This document shows positions 21,723-32,199 of a DNA stretch of 64,000 nucleotides, in pieces. Every line of letters begins with the position of its first letter. Positions within the stretch are counted from its first letter, which is position 1. A model generated the notes under the pieces. It saw nothing but the letters and a program-made list of their open reading frames with translations, did not search any database and was not told the DNA's origin. The stretch comes from Paramoeba atlantica (taxonomy: Eukaryota > Protista > Discosea): positions 409,898 through 473,897 of the forward strand of contig CDRNVI010000041.1 of assembly GCA_977017575.1 (NCBI GenBank). Direction: 5' to 3'. The position numbers and the translations under genes were made by a program.

Positions 21723-22796
21723 CAACAAGGTACCCCCTTGTTAGGGTCGCATAAATGTATTTTGCCCCCGACCGCTCTCAATTTCCGTTTTTGTGGATTC
21801 GAATTGTTGCTTGGAAATGTTGATTTTGGTGATTGGGACCGTGGTGGTCAGGTCGGGAATGTACCTTGCCTCTGTAGATGGGGGCCCACACAGCTGTTCG
21901 TGTGGACTATTGTGTGTGTGTGTGTTGGAAGATTGAACTCCATGGATAAAGTTCTGCGTATGCTTGCCTTTTATTTGTGCGTGGTTTTAAATTTCTTTGG
22001 CATTGGCAAATTTTGTTTTGTTTCTCTTTTCCACATGCCGTCCATTTTTGTGCGCTTGTGTTTGTGGAATGTTGTGCCCACTCCACTGCGCAGTGAGTGT
22101 TACAAGGGCTGCCGCCCCCACACGCCCTTTGCTTCACGTTACGGTGGGTATGGCACTTTCGGTGCGTAGACCACTTTACGAAGCGATTGGGAGATGCACA
22201 AACCCTCCATCACAACGGGGCGTTCGACGCCCCCCTCCCCTCGTGCAAATACGTAGAAATGACTGCACCTCGCCATTCCAGGCCCTGTGCGGACACACGG
22301 GATCGCCGATAACCCAAGGGACGTAGGGTCAAATTGAAACGTGTTGACTTCCCCAAGGGAAAACGATGTGCGACATGCCCCCGTCCCATCACGCGTTCGC
22401 TTGCTTGCGTTGAACGCACAAGTTTGAAAGCACGCCAAGATTTCGACACAGAACAACGCAGGGACGACCAAGCCTCTCTCGTAGAGCATGTCCCTGACGG
22501 TGCCTGTTTGCTGGACCGTGTTTCAGCAACGCAAATTGGCGTGAGGAAGACGAGTTTGTCAATTCCCCTGCGCTTTTCAGCACTTTACGTGTTGGACGCG
22601 TTGAAAAGGGTTATTTTCTGACCAATCACCGCAACGACCGAACGCGACAACGAAACGGCTCACATACGAAGTTGCTTAACAGTGGGCCACTGGTTCGCGA
22701 GGTCTGAAATCAAGCTGTGTTTTGTGAGATGAAGCAGATTGCTTCTTTGTAGAGCCTCGATGGGGATGTTTTGGAGTAATGGCGGATGCCCCCTTG

Positions 22797-23660
22797 TTCT
22801 ATTCTATTCTATTTGACACCCATTTGGCCTTGACAGGCTGTGGGTCCTCTACCGTCCACGCGAGGGGGCCCGACGGCTCGGATGTTACTCCGATGCGTAC
22901 GACCGGTCCTTGCGGACCGGCGGGCGAGCCAGCCGTAGAAAGCCACGGCTGGCACTTCACTTAGGACGGGAGTCGGAGACGCAGCGTGGCTAGGCCACAC
23001 ACTGACCAGCGGTCCCTACGAGAGGGGCAACCAATCCTCCGCGCGCCTTCAAAGAAGGTGGTACAAAACGTTTAATTTAAAGTTATTGAATTCCAGATGC
23101 CCTACGTTTCCTTTTTCGAGCCCACGTCCCGTCTTCTTTGTGGTTCTTTATAGCTTGGGCCCACCTATTTCTGTTCTGGGCCATCGTCTTCCACAGTTGT
23201 GGTGGTATTCCTGACCTTTCACACGCTTTTTCTACGGCTTGAACGTAAGGAGGATTTGTGCATGGTAAGCGGTGGTGCATTAGTATCCCGAATAGCGTCT
23301 TATTAGGGTGCCGATGTTCATCCATACGAGCTACGTGCCCTGCATAGCTGAGAATTCTTAGGTCATAAAGCAGTTGAGTAGGCTCCATGTCAGACATTCG
23401 CATCACCTCGGAGTTGCTGGTTCGTTTGCGTTCGGGGCAGGTATTTCCATCAATTGGGCTCCATGGAATCTTGAGTGCCCTCCGGATCATACTCAAGTAG
23501 TGGACATCTAGTGTACTTTGGAGTTTGGCGTCCAGCGCCCGGGACACACTTCCGTACATCAACCGTGGATAGACGTAAATCTTAAAGACAGTTGACTTCC
23601 GGTGCCTGGAGATGAGTTTGTTATTCCAAATCGATTTTAACTCGTGTATTTTAGTCTGTG
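22797..23660 (-). mobile_element. RTE-type LINE fragment, array copy 4
   Basis: Copy of 16983-17846 (+5814). Confidence 0.75.
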
Positions 23661-24868
23661 CAACAAGGTACCCCCTTGTTAGGGTCGCATAAATGTATTT
23701 TGCCCCCGACCGCTCTCAATTTCCGTTTTTGTGGATTCGAATTGTTGCTTGGAAATGTTGATTTTGGTGATTGGGACCGTGGTGGTCAGGTCGGGAATGT
23801 ACCTTGCCTCTGTAGATGGGGGCCCACACAGCTGTTCGTGTGGACTATTGTGTGTGTGTGTGTTGGAAGATTGAACTCCATGGATAAAGTTCTGCGTATG
23901 CTTGCCTTTTATTTGTGCGTGGTTTTAAATTTCTTTGGCATTGGCAAATTTTGTTTTGTTTCTCTTTTCCACATGCCGTCCATTTTTGTGCGCTTGTGTT
24001 TGTGGAATGTTGTGCCCACTCCACTGCGCAGTGAGTGTTACAAGGGCTGCCGCCCCCACACGCCCTTTGCTTCACGTTACGGTGGGTATGGCACTTTCGG
24101 TGCGTAGACCACTTTACGAAGCGATTGGGAGATGCACAAACCCTCCATCACAACGGGGCGTTCGACGCCCCCCTCCCCTCGTGCAAATACGTAGAAATGA
24201 CTGCACCTCGCCATTCCAGGCCCTGTGCGGACACACGGGATCGCCGATAACCCAAGGGACGTAGGGTCAAATTGAAACGTGTTGACTTCCCCAAGGGAAA
24301 ACGATGTGCGACATGCCCCCGTCCCATCACGCGTTCGCTTGCTTGCGTTGAACGCACAAGTTTGAAAGCACGCCAAGATTTCGACACAGAACAACGCAGG
24401 GACGACCAAGCCTCTCTCGTAGAGCATGTCCCTGACGGTGCCTGTTTGCTGGACCGTGTTTCAGCAACGCAAATTGGCGTGAGGAAGACGAGTTTGTCAA
24501 TTCCCCTGCGCTTTTCAGCACTTTACGTGTTGGACGCGTTGAAAAGGGTTATTTTCTGACCAATCACCGCAACGACCGAACGCGACAACGAAACGGCTCA
24601 CGTACGAAGTTGCTTAACAGTGGGCCACTGGTTCGCGAGGTCTGAAATCAAGCTGTGTTTTGTGAGATGAAGCAGATTGCTTCTTTGTAGAGCCTCGATG
24701 GGGATGTTTTGGAGTAATGGCGGATGCCCCCTTGTTCTATTCTATTCTATTTGACACCCATTTGGCCTTGACAGGCTGTGGGTCTTCTACCGTCCACGCG
24801 AGGGGGCCCGACGGCTCTGATCGTTACTCCGATGCGTACGACCGGTCCTTGCGGACCGGCGGGCGAGC

Positions 24869-27024
24869 CTGTACCTTGTTGACATTTTTTTTACTATCTC
24901 TCTCACGCATTATGCAGCAGCGAGTGCTTGTCATCCACAGTGGAACTGTGCAGGATAATGACTCAGTCTTCACCTTCGGTTCGGCGAAAGAGCAGATGTG
25001 TGATACGGAACAAAAATCTGTTTCGCAACCGCGCACGCGAAGAGGTGGACCCATCACAGTACAAACTTTGGACGACATTGGTTTTGGAAAACGTAAGAAA
25101 AAGCATCGCCGGCCAGTGTGGCGTCCGCTCGACCTTGATCCAACTAAAGAGGGAAATTCCACCGGTTCTGACAGTGAGAAACGTGAAATGCCACGCAAAG
25201 TGTCCAGGAGCCGCGTTCCGGATTCGCCGCAACCCAAAAGCTTGGGAAAAGCAGAGAAGCCGAGTGCGAAAACGAAAAGCCAAAATAAAGGGCAAAAAGG
25301 CGAGATTATGGGGAAGGAGGACGCGCAAAAGAAGGATCAACACTCATTCGAGAGCAAGAGTCTACAAAGCCCACCTCCCCCAGTAAATATACAAGACAAC
25401 TGGACGAAACAAGGACGGGGCGTTTCCAAACAAGAAAACAATGAAATATCCGAATCCAAGCACCAGACGCCCTCGACTGTGAAGGGACACAATCCACGAG
25501 AACGTGCGCCAGTTGAACACCTTGTACCTCAAGAACGCGATTCAGACATAGAGGCCGATGCTGAGTACTGTGACTCGTCGGAAGATAACGAAAATGCAGG
25601 AAACTCGCCCATAGCTCCCGACCACGTTCTTCGGAAAATCTCGGATTGGGGTAAAGGAACGACGTGTGCAGTACGGTGGTGTAATAGTCCACGTTTGGAA
25701 ATTTAGCCGCGGGGCAGGGAGTTGTTTATGCCTGCTTGGCCCTTCGGGGCACATAATTTCTTCAAATTATGATTTGTTTCAAATAGTGTTGTAATTTCAT
25801 TATTCATTCTTTATATTCTTGGTAGGCTATTTTTTCTACTTACGTTTCAAAAGTTTTTGTGCCCGCCCACCGAGCCCCCAGCCATTTGGTCGAGGGTTCC
25901 GGTGGGGGGAACCCCGTTAACAGAGTGACAGTGACATATATGTTTGCAGGCCTAAAATTGTCGTGAGAACATATTATTTACAGTTTAATGTTGATGTTAT
26001 GTTTTGAGATTGGGAAATAGGGCTTGTGAGCAATCAGATACATTTTAGTTGTTTCTTTGTTTACTATTCGATACATGTTATTTATTATGCCCCGCGGCGT
26101 GGATTTCTTTTCGAAACCCTCAGAATCGAATCTACGAATCGATTGGTGAAGTTGTTTCCAGAAAACTGCGAAAGAAAGCGTTGAACATCAAAATTTCGTA
26201 CCATCCAGCCCCTGACGAAGCCGGGCCCTCTGGAAATCTTTATCTTCCCCAGTCGACGAAAATCAAGGTTTTCGGCATCCGAGCAACTCATCTACGCCGT
26301 GATCCAGATTGTGAAGTTTCAACGACGATATGCGCGGCAGAAGATGCGGACGACACAGATCACGGGTGTGACCTAGGGCCTTTGCCTTCTTTCTCCCAGA
26401 TCGATCCGACGTTTTCTGTGCATGTGGTAGCTATTTTCCGTTCGATCATAAGAGACTATCCGAGACTTAAACTATCCTCAGAAAAAGATGCATTATGGCA
26501 AAAATTCCTCAACGCCCCACGAGACTCACTAGTAAGCGTGCGGAAAGCTATCCAAAGACGGGAAAGCATCCCGCATAGCCATAAGAGCGCCAATGCCAAG
26601 GAAAATGTATTTTTATCCAAAGAGGAGGTAAAGGAGCTCGAAGTTGACCGCCGCTCAATACGCAACGCTCTCCATGCAGCTCGTGCAGGAAATTTAAGTA
26701 AAGCAACCAGAGTCCTGGACAACGTTTATGTAGACTCCCAACTCAGCGTGGAAAAAGTGCGAAAATTGAAAGACCTTCATCCCACAGGTGATCCACCACC
26801 TGCGTCATCAGTAGAATACCCACGGGCTGGCGTAATCGAGATGGACGAGGTTCGCTCAGCGGTAAACAAACTCGCGCATGGAGCAGCCCCAGGCCCGACG
26901 GGATTGAGCGAAAACATCCTCCGCTTACTGACTGATGACGTGGTATGTTGTTCAGGTTTGTGCCACATGATTAGAGATGTCATCAACGGAGAAATAAGCA
27001 CATCAGTTCGCAACCGTCTGACAC
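24869..27024 (+). mobile_element. SL-capped CRE/SLACS-like non-LTR element (5' half), interrupted by a solo YR repeat and truncated by a YR element
   Basis: CTGTACCTTGTTG at 24869-24881; frame restored when 25682-26107 is removed; AGNLSKATRVLDN and PGPTGLSE shared with the RT at 47179-49550. Confidence 0.8.
25682..26107 (+). mobile_element. Solo A-B terminal repeat of a family-1-like YR element (solo-LTR analogue, 426 bp)
   Basis: Begins TAATAGTCCACG, ends GGCGTGGATTTC, no ORFs; no target-site duplication. Confidence 0.85.
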
Positions 27025-27211
27025 TAATAGTCCACGTTTTGAAATTTAGCCGAGGGGCTGTTATGTATTTGCCTGCTGGCCCTTCGGGGCACATAGTTTC
27101 TTCGAATTATGATTTGTATTCCGAATTTTACATGGGCTGGGTATTTACTATTATCTTATATATCCTTGTTAGGTTGTTATTTACTTCGCTTTAAGTTTTT
27201 GTGAGATCCCA

Positions 27212-28609
27212 ATGAGATCCCAACGTTTGCGGGCTCCTCAGGAGCCGAGCCAGGACCGTGATCGCTCTCCAAAGCGTGACCGGGCGCCAACACCCGTTGA
27301 AACCTCCTCTTTTGCTTCCAAACGCCAGTCTCTTTCATGTCCTCCCGTGCGCCCCCCTCTCCCTCCTCTCCCCACGCAGCCGGCTCCGCAGGTATCCGCG
27401 CGACCTCCTCCTGTTCCCCTTACCCCTGGACCGGCGCGGCGCAAGGTACGCCCTTCAGGAAGAGCACTCAGCCCCGCCCGCGAACCGCCTAGCCCTCTCC
27501 CTTCTAACCTCCCCAGTTTGCCGGCGAGCTCCCTCCCTAGCCCGTATCCATTTCCGCTGGAGGCTCCGGAGCCCCATATTCGACGTAGAGGAACCCTCAA
27601 CCCCGACCAGGTTGAGGCTTCTCGCTCGCCGCGCCGTTACGAGGCCCTCGACCTTGACCACGTCGGGATGCCTCAGCGTTCACGCTGTGATGCGCGTGGG
27701 ATCATGACACAATCTAGCAAAGAAGAATTCATCACGAAAGTGATTGAGCTTCTGCGCAAAGACTACGAGGTCACCGTTGAAGCTGTATGGTCTCTTCCCC
27801 GGGATGGCCTACGGCAGACGGTTATAGGGTTGGTGCATATGACGCATCCAAAGGACCCTAACTCAACTGAGTTGTTCGCCGAGTGGGATGGGGACAAGAA
27901 CACTGCCTACCGTTTTCCCCATCCCGAGATCAACTACCACTCTTTGGAACTGTCCCATGTTCGGGCGCAGATGCCGGGTGGGAAACCAGTTGAAGATCTG
28001 ATCCCCACGTTTGAACGCGTCCGTATTACGGACCCGAAAGGCTTCTCCCCCTACGATCCGGTTACTTGGCAACCGTGGATCGACACGGATGATTTGTTCA
28101 AGCCACGTGAACTCATCCGTGAGCTGCGCGAAGCTCCGCAGCTTGGGGTACGCTTCAACCCTCCGCCGCAGCGTGAGCGCCTGTTCAAGATGTTAACTGA
28201 ATGGGTGTACGCTGCGTGCAATACGGAGGGATGGCTAGAGAAGCACAACCTCGCCGTAGCCCTTCTCATCATCGAAGAGCTTCGCAACCATTATTGGGCT
28301 GCGGCGGGCGTTGCTGTCGAACGTGTGCAACAGCGGTTGCACCGCGACGACGATCCTCAGGACCGTTACGGTCAGCTCGTTGTGGATGAGCAACTGAGGG
28401 GCCGAACCGCTCAGCGTGCTCCCCGACGACGCAGCCAAGGACCTTTCTGTTTTGGCTGCCATCAGCCAGGCCACCTACGATCGAACTGCCCCCAATCGTC
28501 CCAACAGCAGGGGGGGCAGTTCCGTACCCAGCGCACCCCGCAACAGGATTTTCGCGGCGGGGTGGTGGGCGGCGCCAACCGTTACGGCGCAACACGGGCT
28601 TTCCACTAG
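27212..28609 (+). CDS. Gag-like protein, Pro-rich N-terminus, CCHC knuckle
   Basis: CFGCHQPGHLRSNC; homologous to 9245-10330. Confidence 0.85.
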   Translation: MRSQRLRAPQEPSQDRDRSPKRDRAPTPVETSSFASKRQSLSCPPVRPPLPPLPTQPAPQVSARPPPVPLTPGPARRKVRPSGRALSPAREPPSPLPSNLPSLPASSLPSPYPFPLEAPEPHIRRRGTLNPDQVEASRSPRRYEALDLDHVGMPQRSRCDARGIMTQSSKEEFITKVIELLRKDYEVTVEAVWSLPRDGLRQTVIGLVHMTHPKDPNSTELFAEWDGDKNTAYRFPHPEINYHSLELSHVRAQMPGGKPVEDLIPTFERVRITDPKGFSPYDPVTWQPWIDTDDLFKPRELIRELREAPQLGVRFNPPPQRERLFKMLTEWVYAACNTEGWLEKHNLAVALLIIEELRNHYWAAAGVAVERVQQRLHRDDDPQDRYGQLVVDEQLRGRTAQRAPRRRSQGPFCFGCHQPGHLRSNCPQSSQQQGGQFRTQRTPQQDFRGGVVGGANRYGATRAFH

Positions 28610-28627
28610 GAAATGCCCCCCACCCCA
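28546..28627 (+). promoter_or_regulatory. Candidate -1 frameshift site (G GAT TTT) with stimulatory stem
   Basis: In gag phase; -1 frame read codon by codon is open to the RT ORF; 28558-28569 can pair with 28616-28627. Confidence 0.6.
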
Positions 28628-31467
28628 ACTACTGCTCGTGCCCGTCGTCCCAGGCGACGACGGGTGGATATTCTTACCCCTGCTTCCTCTCCGTCCCTCC
28701 GCCAGCGCGAAAGACGGCCACACGTGCGTGGCACTACTCCTCCTCCCCGCCCTCTCTCCCCGTTACGTTTGAAGCGCAGAAGTGTCTCCCTCCCGGCCCG
28801 ACCTCTACCTCGGTTCCCTGTTCCCGTTTACGCCGCCGCCCAAACCGCCGCCGTCGTAACCGCCGACGCTCTACAGCCGCCAGGAAAACACCGCAAGCAG
28901 CTGCTCGAGGCCATTCTGAGGATGCCCGCCGACGATCCTCGCGCCACCCAGATGAACGAGGCGCTCCAGCCCATGTGGGCAACGGCCACGTGGGCCACAA
29001 GGGAGCGACTGTGGTTCCGCCTGCGCGAGTATTGCCAGGCGAAGGGAATCACCGCGAATCCTGCAAACGCGGTGCTCTTCCTGGAGACTCTGCCTCTCGC
29101 TACCTCGACGCGCATGGGGTACGCAGGGGCATTGAGGACTCTGTTCGATCTCATGGGAATCGAAGGTACCCCATTGAGTCTCTACGTAAAGGCCCTGCAG
29201 GCGCAGGGGGGGCTAGAACCCACGCGGCAGATGCTACCAATCACGCCACTTCTTCTAAAGAAGCTGAGACGTCATCTCGACGTAAAGGAGAGCATGTGTT
29301 GCCTCCTGTGTTGGAAAGCCGCTGCGAGATGGACCGAGACCGCCGACCTGAGGCGGGAGCAGTTCGTGAGTGTGGCCAGTCACGAGGTAATCATCTATTG
29401 GGGCAGGGGGACCAAGACAACCCGTCTGAATCCTTACCGGCCGTACCTCTACGCGATAGTGACTGGACCGGGGACACCCGAACTGGCTCAGTTTGTGGGA
29501 AGTTTGAGACCAGGCCAGCGCCTGTGTTACACGACGGTCCGGGAGATGGACCACAGGATGAATCAACTTCTCGGTCCGGGGTATGGAACACATTCCATAA
29601 AAAGAGGTGCAATTACTTACCTATTCCACGAGATCTCCCTCGGGAATCTCAGGATGGAGGACGTCCAGAACCTCACGAAACACCTCAACGTCGAATCACT
29701 GTTGCGCTACAACGCAAGCAGTATTACAACGGCAAGGGCTCTCGGGACGCAGAGAGTCTCAGCACGTCTCCCAGTGCTGTAACCTCGGAGCACGTGGCAA
29801 AGTGCTTCGAGGAAGTGCCTTACCTTCGCAGGCACTCCGTTGTTTGTGCACGCCGCTCTTCACGGCTAGCCAAGGCACACGACGCACACCTACCTTTGCA
29901 CGTTAAGAAGTCGATACCTGTTATCCATTTGGATCAGGTTAAGGAGTGGATGAGTATGTCAGCTGCCACTCGTTTTCGCAAGGTAGTGGATGAATTATTA
30001 TGGGTACCTAAAGCCCCGTACCCCGAACCTAGTGTGAAAGGTTCATTGCCTGAGGCGGACGTCCGATTGTTGGAGGACGCAGGCATAATCTCTAAGGTCC
30101 CGGCGCAGGAGTTGAGAAAGCGCCCATCGATGCAGTTCATGATTCCCTTCACGGTTGTGGAGACCGATGATGAGGGCAATCAGCGCAGAAGATTTATTTC
30201 ATGGACAAGGGACGATAACGATAGATTAAAATCATATGAACCAAAGGTCCCATTATATCATCCCTCCAAGTATCTTCATAAGGCGCACGAGCCGATGGCT
30301 GTGAAGCGGGACTTCACATGCGGGTTTTACCAGATTGGTATCCCGAAGAGGGCGCGACCCAAATTCCGCCTTAGAACGACCAGTGGAGACGTGTATGAGA
30401 TGAACGTCCTCCCGATGGGCCATAGGTGTGCACCGGAGGTTATGCACACGGTTACCGCCGCGATTGCTGGCGAGGCGTCGATTTGTTCTCAGCGCTACTC
30501 GTTTCACCGAGGCGCTATCGACGTTTATGTTGACGGAGTTCGGTTTGCAGGAACCGACTCCGAGGCCACCACGTACGCTCAGTTCATTGACGAGCGTTGC
30601 GACAAAGCGAACGGTCTTTTCAAAGATCGGGGTCAGCCCCCTGTAGCACAGTACGTGTTCAATGGGGTGGCGTTCGACCATAACGCGCATACGGTCTGCC
30701 TGGGGCCGCGAGTGATCAGGAAACTGCGAGCCGACTCTTTCTTCAACATTTCCTTTGTTGACCTAGAGGCGGTGGTGGGGCGCCTCATTTATGGCTCCGC
30801 AGTTCTCCGACTCAATATGCCGCGATTTTATTTCGCTTTAAAGGTGGCGCAACGGCGTATCAACTTGTTGAACCGTTGCCCGAAGTTATGTGACCGTCCG
30901 GTCGCACTCCCTGTCGTCACTCGCTCCATGCTAGCAGAGTGGAGAAACGAGTTGCTGGAGAATGTTCCACGGTCTCCACCTCCCCATCCCGATGTTGTTC
31001 CACACAAGCATCGTCTCTACACCGATGCCTCGGTGAAAGGATGGGGAGCGATTATGTATTTAGACAGCGGAGAGGTTTTGATTACGGGTGAGGCGTGGCC
31101 TGAGTCATCCTCACATGAGGTGAATCGTGCGGAAGCTGCAGCAGTCCGCTTAGCCCTCGAGAAGTTTTCCGCGCATTGCCCCCGTGGAACCTGCTTGGAT
31201 GTTTTTGTTGACAACACCTCCTGTCAGGCTGCACTGAACAGGAGGATCTCCAAGTCAGAGGGGGTTTCAATGGAATTGCGCGAAGTCCTGCGACTGACAG
31301 AGGAGAAAGGTATTTGTGTGAAGGCAGCGTATATATCCACGGATGAGAACCCGGCGGATGCTGTCAGTCGCGGGAAGGAGATTGAGATGGAGAAAGTCAA
31401 GAGATATGAAGGTAAGATCGAGAGAGACATTAGTAATGTAGACAGTCATATTCAGAGAAAACCCTAA
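28546..31467 (+). CDS. RT-RNase H (-1 frame relative to gag; ORF-track start 28975)
   Basis: RT/RH motifs as in other family-1 copies; no stop from 28546. Confidence 0.88.
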   Translation, partial: GFSRRGGGRRQPLRRNTGFPLGNAPHPNYCSCPSSQATTGGYSYPCFLSVPPPARKTATRAWHYSSSPPSLPVTFEAQKCLPPGPTSTSVPCSRLRRRPNRRRRNRRRSTAARKTPQAAARGHSEDARRRSSRHPDERGAPAHVGNGHVGHKGATVVPPARVLPGEGNHRESCKRGALPGDSASRYLDAHGVRRGIEDSVRSHGNRRYPIESLRKGPAGAGGARTHAADATNHATSSKEAETSSRRKGEHVLPPVLESRCEMDRDRRPEAGAVRECGQSRGNHLLGQGDQDNPSESLPAVPLRDSDWTGDTRTGSVCGKFETRPAPVLHDGPGDGPQDESTSRSGVWNTFHKKRCNYLPIPRDLPRESQDGGRPEPHETPQRRITVALQRKQYYNGKGSRDAESLSTSPSAVTSEHVAKCFEEVPYLRRHSVVCARRSSRLAKAHDAHLPLHVKKSIPVIHLDQVKEWMSMSAATRFRKVVDELLWVPKAPYPEPSVKGSLPEADVRLLEDAGIISKVPAQELRKRPSMQFMIPFTVVETDDEGNQRRRFISWTRDDNDRLKSYEPKVPLYHPSKYLHKAHEPMAVKRDFTCGFYQIGIPKRARPKFRLRTTSGDVYEMNVLPMGHRCAPEVMHTVTAAIAGEASICSQRYSFHRGAIDVYVDGVRFAGTDSEATTYAQFIDERCDKANGLFKDRGQPPVAQYVFNGVAFDHNAHTVCLGPRVIRKLRADSFFNISFVDLEAVVGRLIYGSAVLRLNMPRFYFALKVAQRRINLLNRCPKLCDRPVALPVVTRSMLAEWRNELLENVPRSPPPHPDVVPHKHRLYTDASVKGWGAIMYLDSGEVLITGEAWPESSSHEVNRAEAAAVRLALEKFSAHCPRGTCLDVFVDNTSCQAALNRRISKSEGVSMELREVLRLTEEKGICVKAAYISTDENPADAVSRGKEIEMEKVKRYEGKIERDISNVDSHIQRKP
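28613..29782 (+). CDS. Tyrosine recombinase
   Basis: ARWTE, GTK, HSIKRG, KH, LLRY. Confidence 0.88.
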   Translation: MPPTPTTARARRPRRRRVDILTPASSPSLRQRERRPHVRGTTPPPRPLSPLRLKRRSVSLPARPLPRFPVPVYAAAQTAAVVTADALQPPGKHRKQLLEAILRMPADDPRATQMNEALQPMWATATWATRERLWFRLREYCQAKGITANPANAVLFLETLPLATSTRMGYAGALRTLFDLMGIEGTPLSLYVKALQAQGGLEPTRQMLPITPLLLKKLRRHLDVKESMCCLLCWKAAARWTETADLRREQFVSVASHEVIIYWGRGTKTTRLNPYRPYLYAIVTGPGTPELAQFVGSLRPGQRLCYTTVREMDHRMNQLLGPGYGTHSIKRGAITYLFHEISLGNLRMEDVQNLTKHLNVESLLRYNASSITTARALGTQRVSARLPVL

Positions 31468-31517
31468 GGGACAGGATCACCAAATACAAAAAAAAAAGAA
31501 AAAAAAAGACAAGACAC

Positions 31518-32195
31518 ATCTTTAACGATAAAGATACAGTTTCTGTACCTTGTTGAATTATTTCCCCTTTTCTTCCATACACCATCTTCCAGACCATGGG
31601 AGGGCACCCCCCTCAAATACACTCCTTTTTGTCGGCATCCCCCTTCCCCGTCTCGTCCCATCACCCCCCTGCGCCGCATCCCCCCACCTCACCCTCCCTC
31701 CGCAGTGCGCTTGCCCCCCTGTTGTGTTTCTCTCTCGCGTCCCCCACCCCCGTGTCAGCAGCCAAAAGTATACAATACTTGCTCACGGGGTGGGGGCAGA
31801 GTTCCTGGCAGATGGGCCCGTGCTTCGCCTCCTCTCGCCCCTGCGTCAGTCGCCCCGTGTCTCTCTCCGCGCTCTTCTCCCTCGGCGTGACGACGTCTTT
31901 GTGTTTCGTGGCCTCCACGTCTCCCACCCTCGTACGGCAACCAAAAGTATTTATTACTGCTAACGGGGTGGGAGCGGAGGTGCAGGACCATACGGGCCTG
32001 GGTGCATGCGGATCGGTGAGTGGGGTAGGGAGTGAGGGAAGGGAAGTACGAGAGGGCTAAGAGGAGTAGGTGTGGAAAGTATGCGGAGTAAGGGAAAGTG
32101 AAGGGCCGTAAGTGTGGAAATTGTGGAAAAGTTGGACTCCATACATAAAAAGTTAGACCCAATACTATTCCCCCCAATTATTTGCAAAAAAAAAA
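31518..32195 (+). mobile_element. SL-capped, poly(A)-tailed non-coding retroelement (SINE-like, about 670 bp)
   Basis: Full 32-nt SL at 31524-31555; ends CCCCCCAATTATTTGC-poly(A), like the CRE-type 3' ends at about 36800 and 51200. Confidence 0.65.
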
Positions 32196-32199
32196 CGAT

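Larger units (their letters stand above)
15438..24868. repeat. Tandem array of a 1938-bp unit (4 full units plus partial units at both ends)
   Basis: ORF-track offsets of exactly 1938; few SNPs between units; first partial unit has an internal deletion near 16072. Confidence 0.95.
27025..31517 (+). mobile_element. YR retrotransposon family 1, copy 3 (A1-gag-YR-RT/RH, 3' repeats lost)
   Basis: A1 27025-27202 matches A2 at 2093-2270; truncated in the A-rich tract. Confidence 0.9.

Noticed and set aside
15920-24560. Many 60-150 aa ORFs repeated in the 1938-bp unit
   Set aside because: They overlap on both strands with no recognisable motifs; only the RTE fragment is supported
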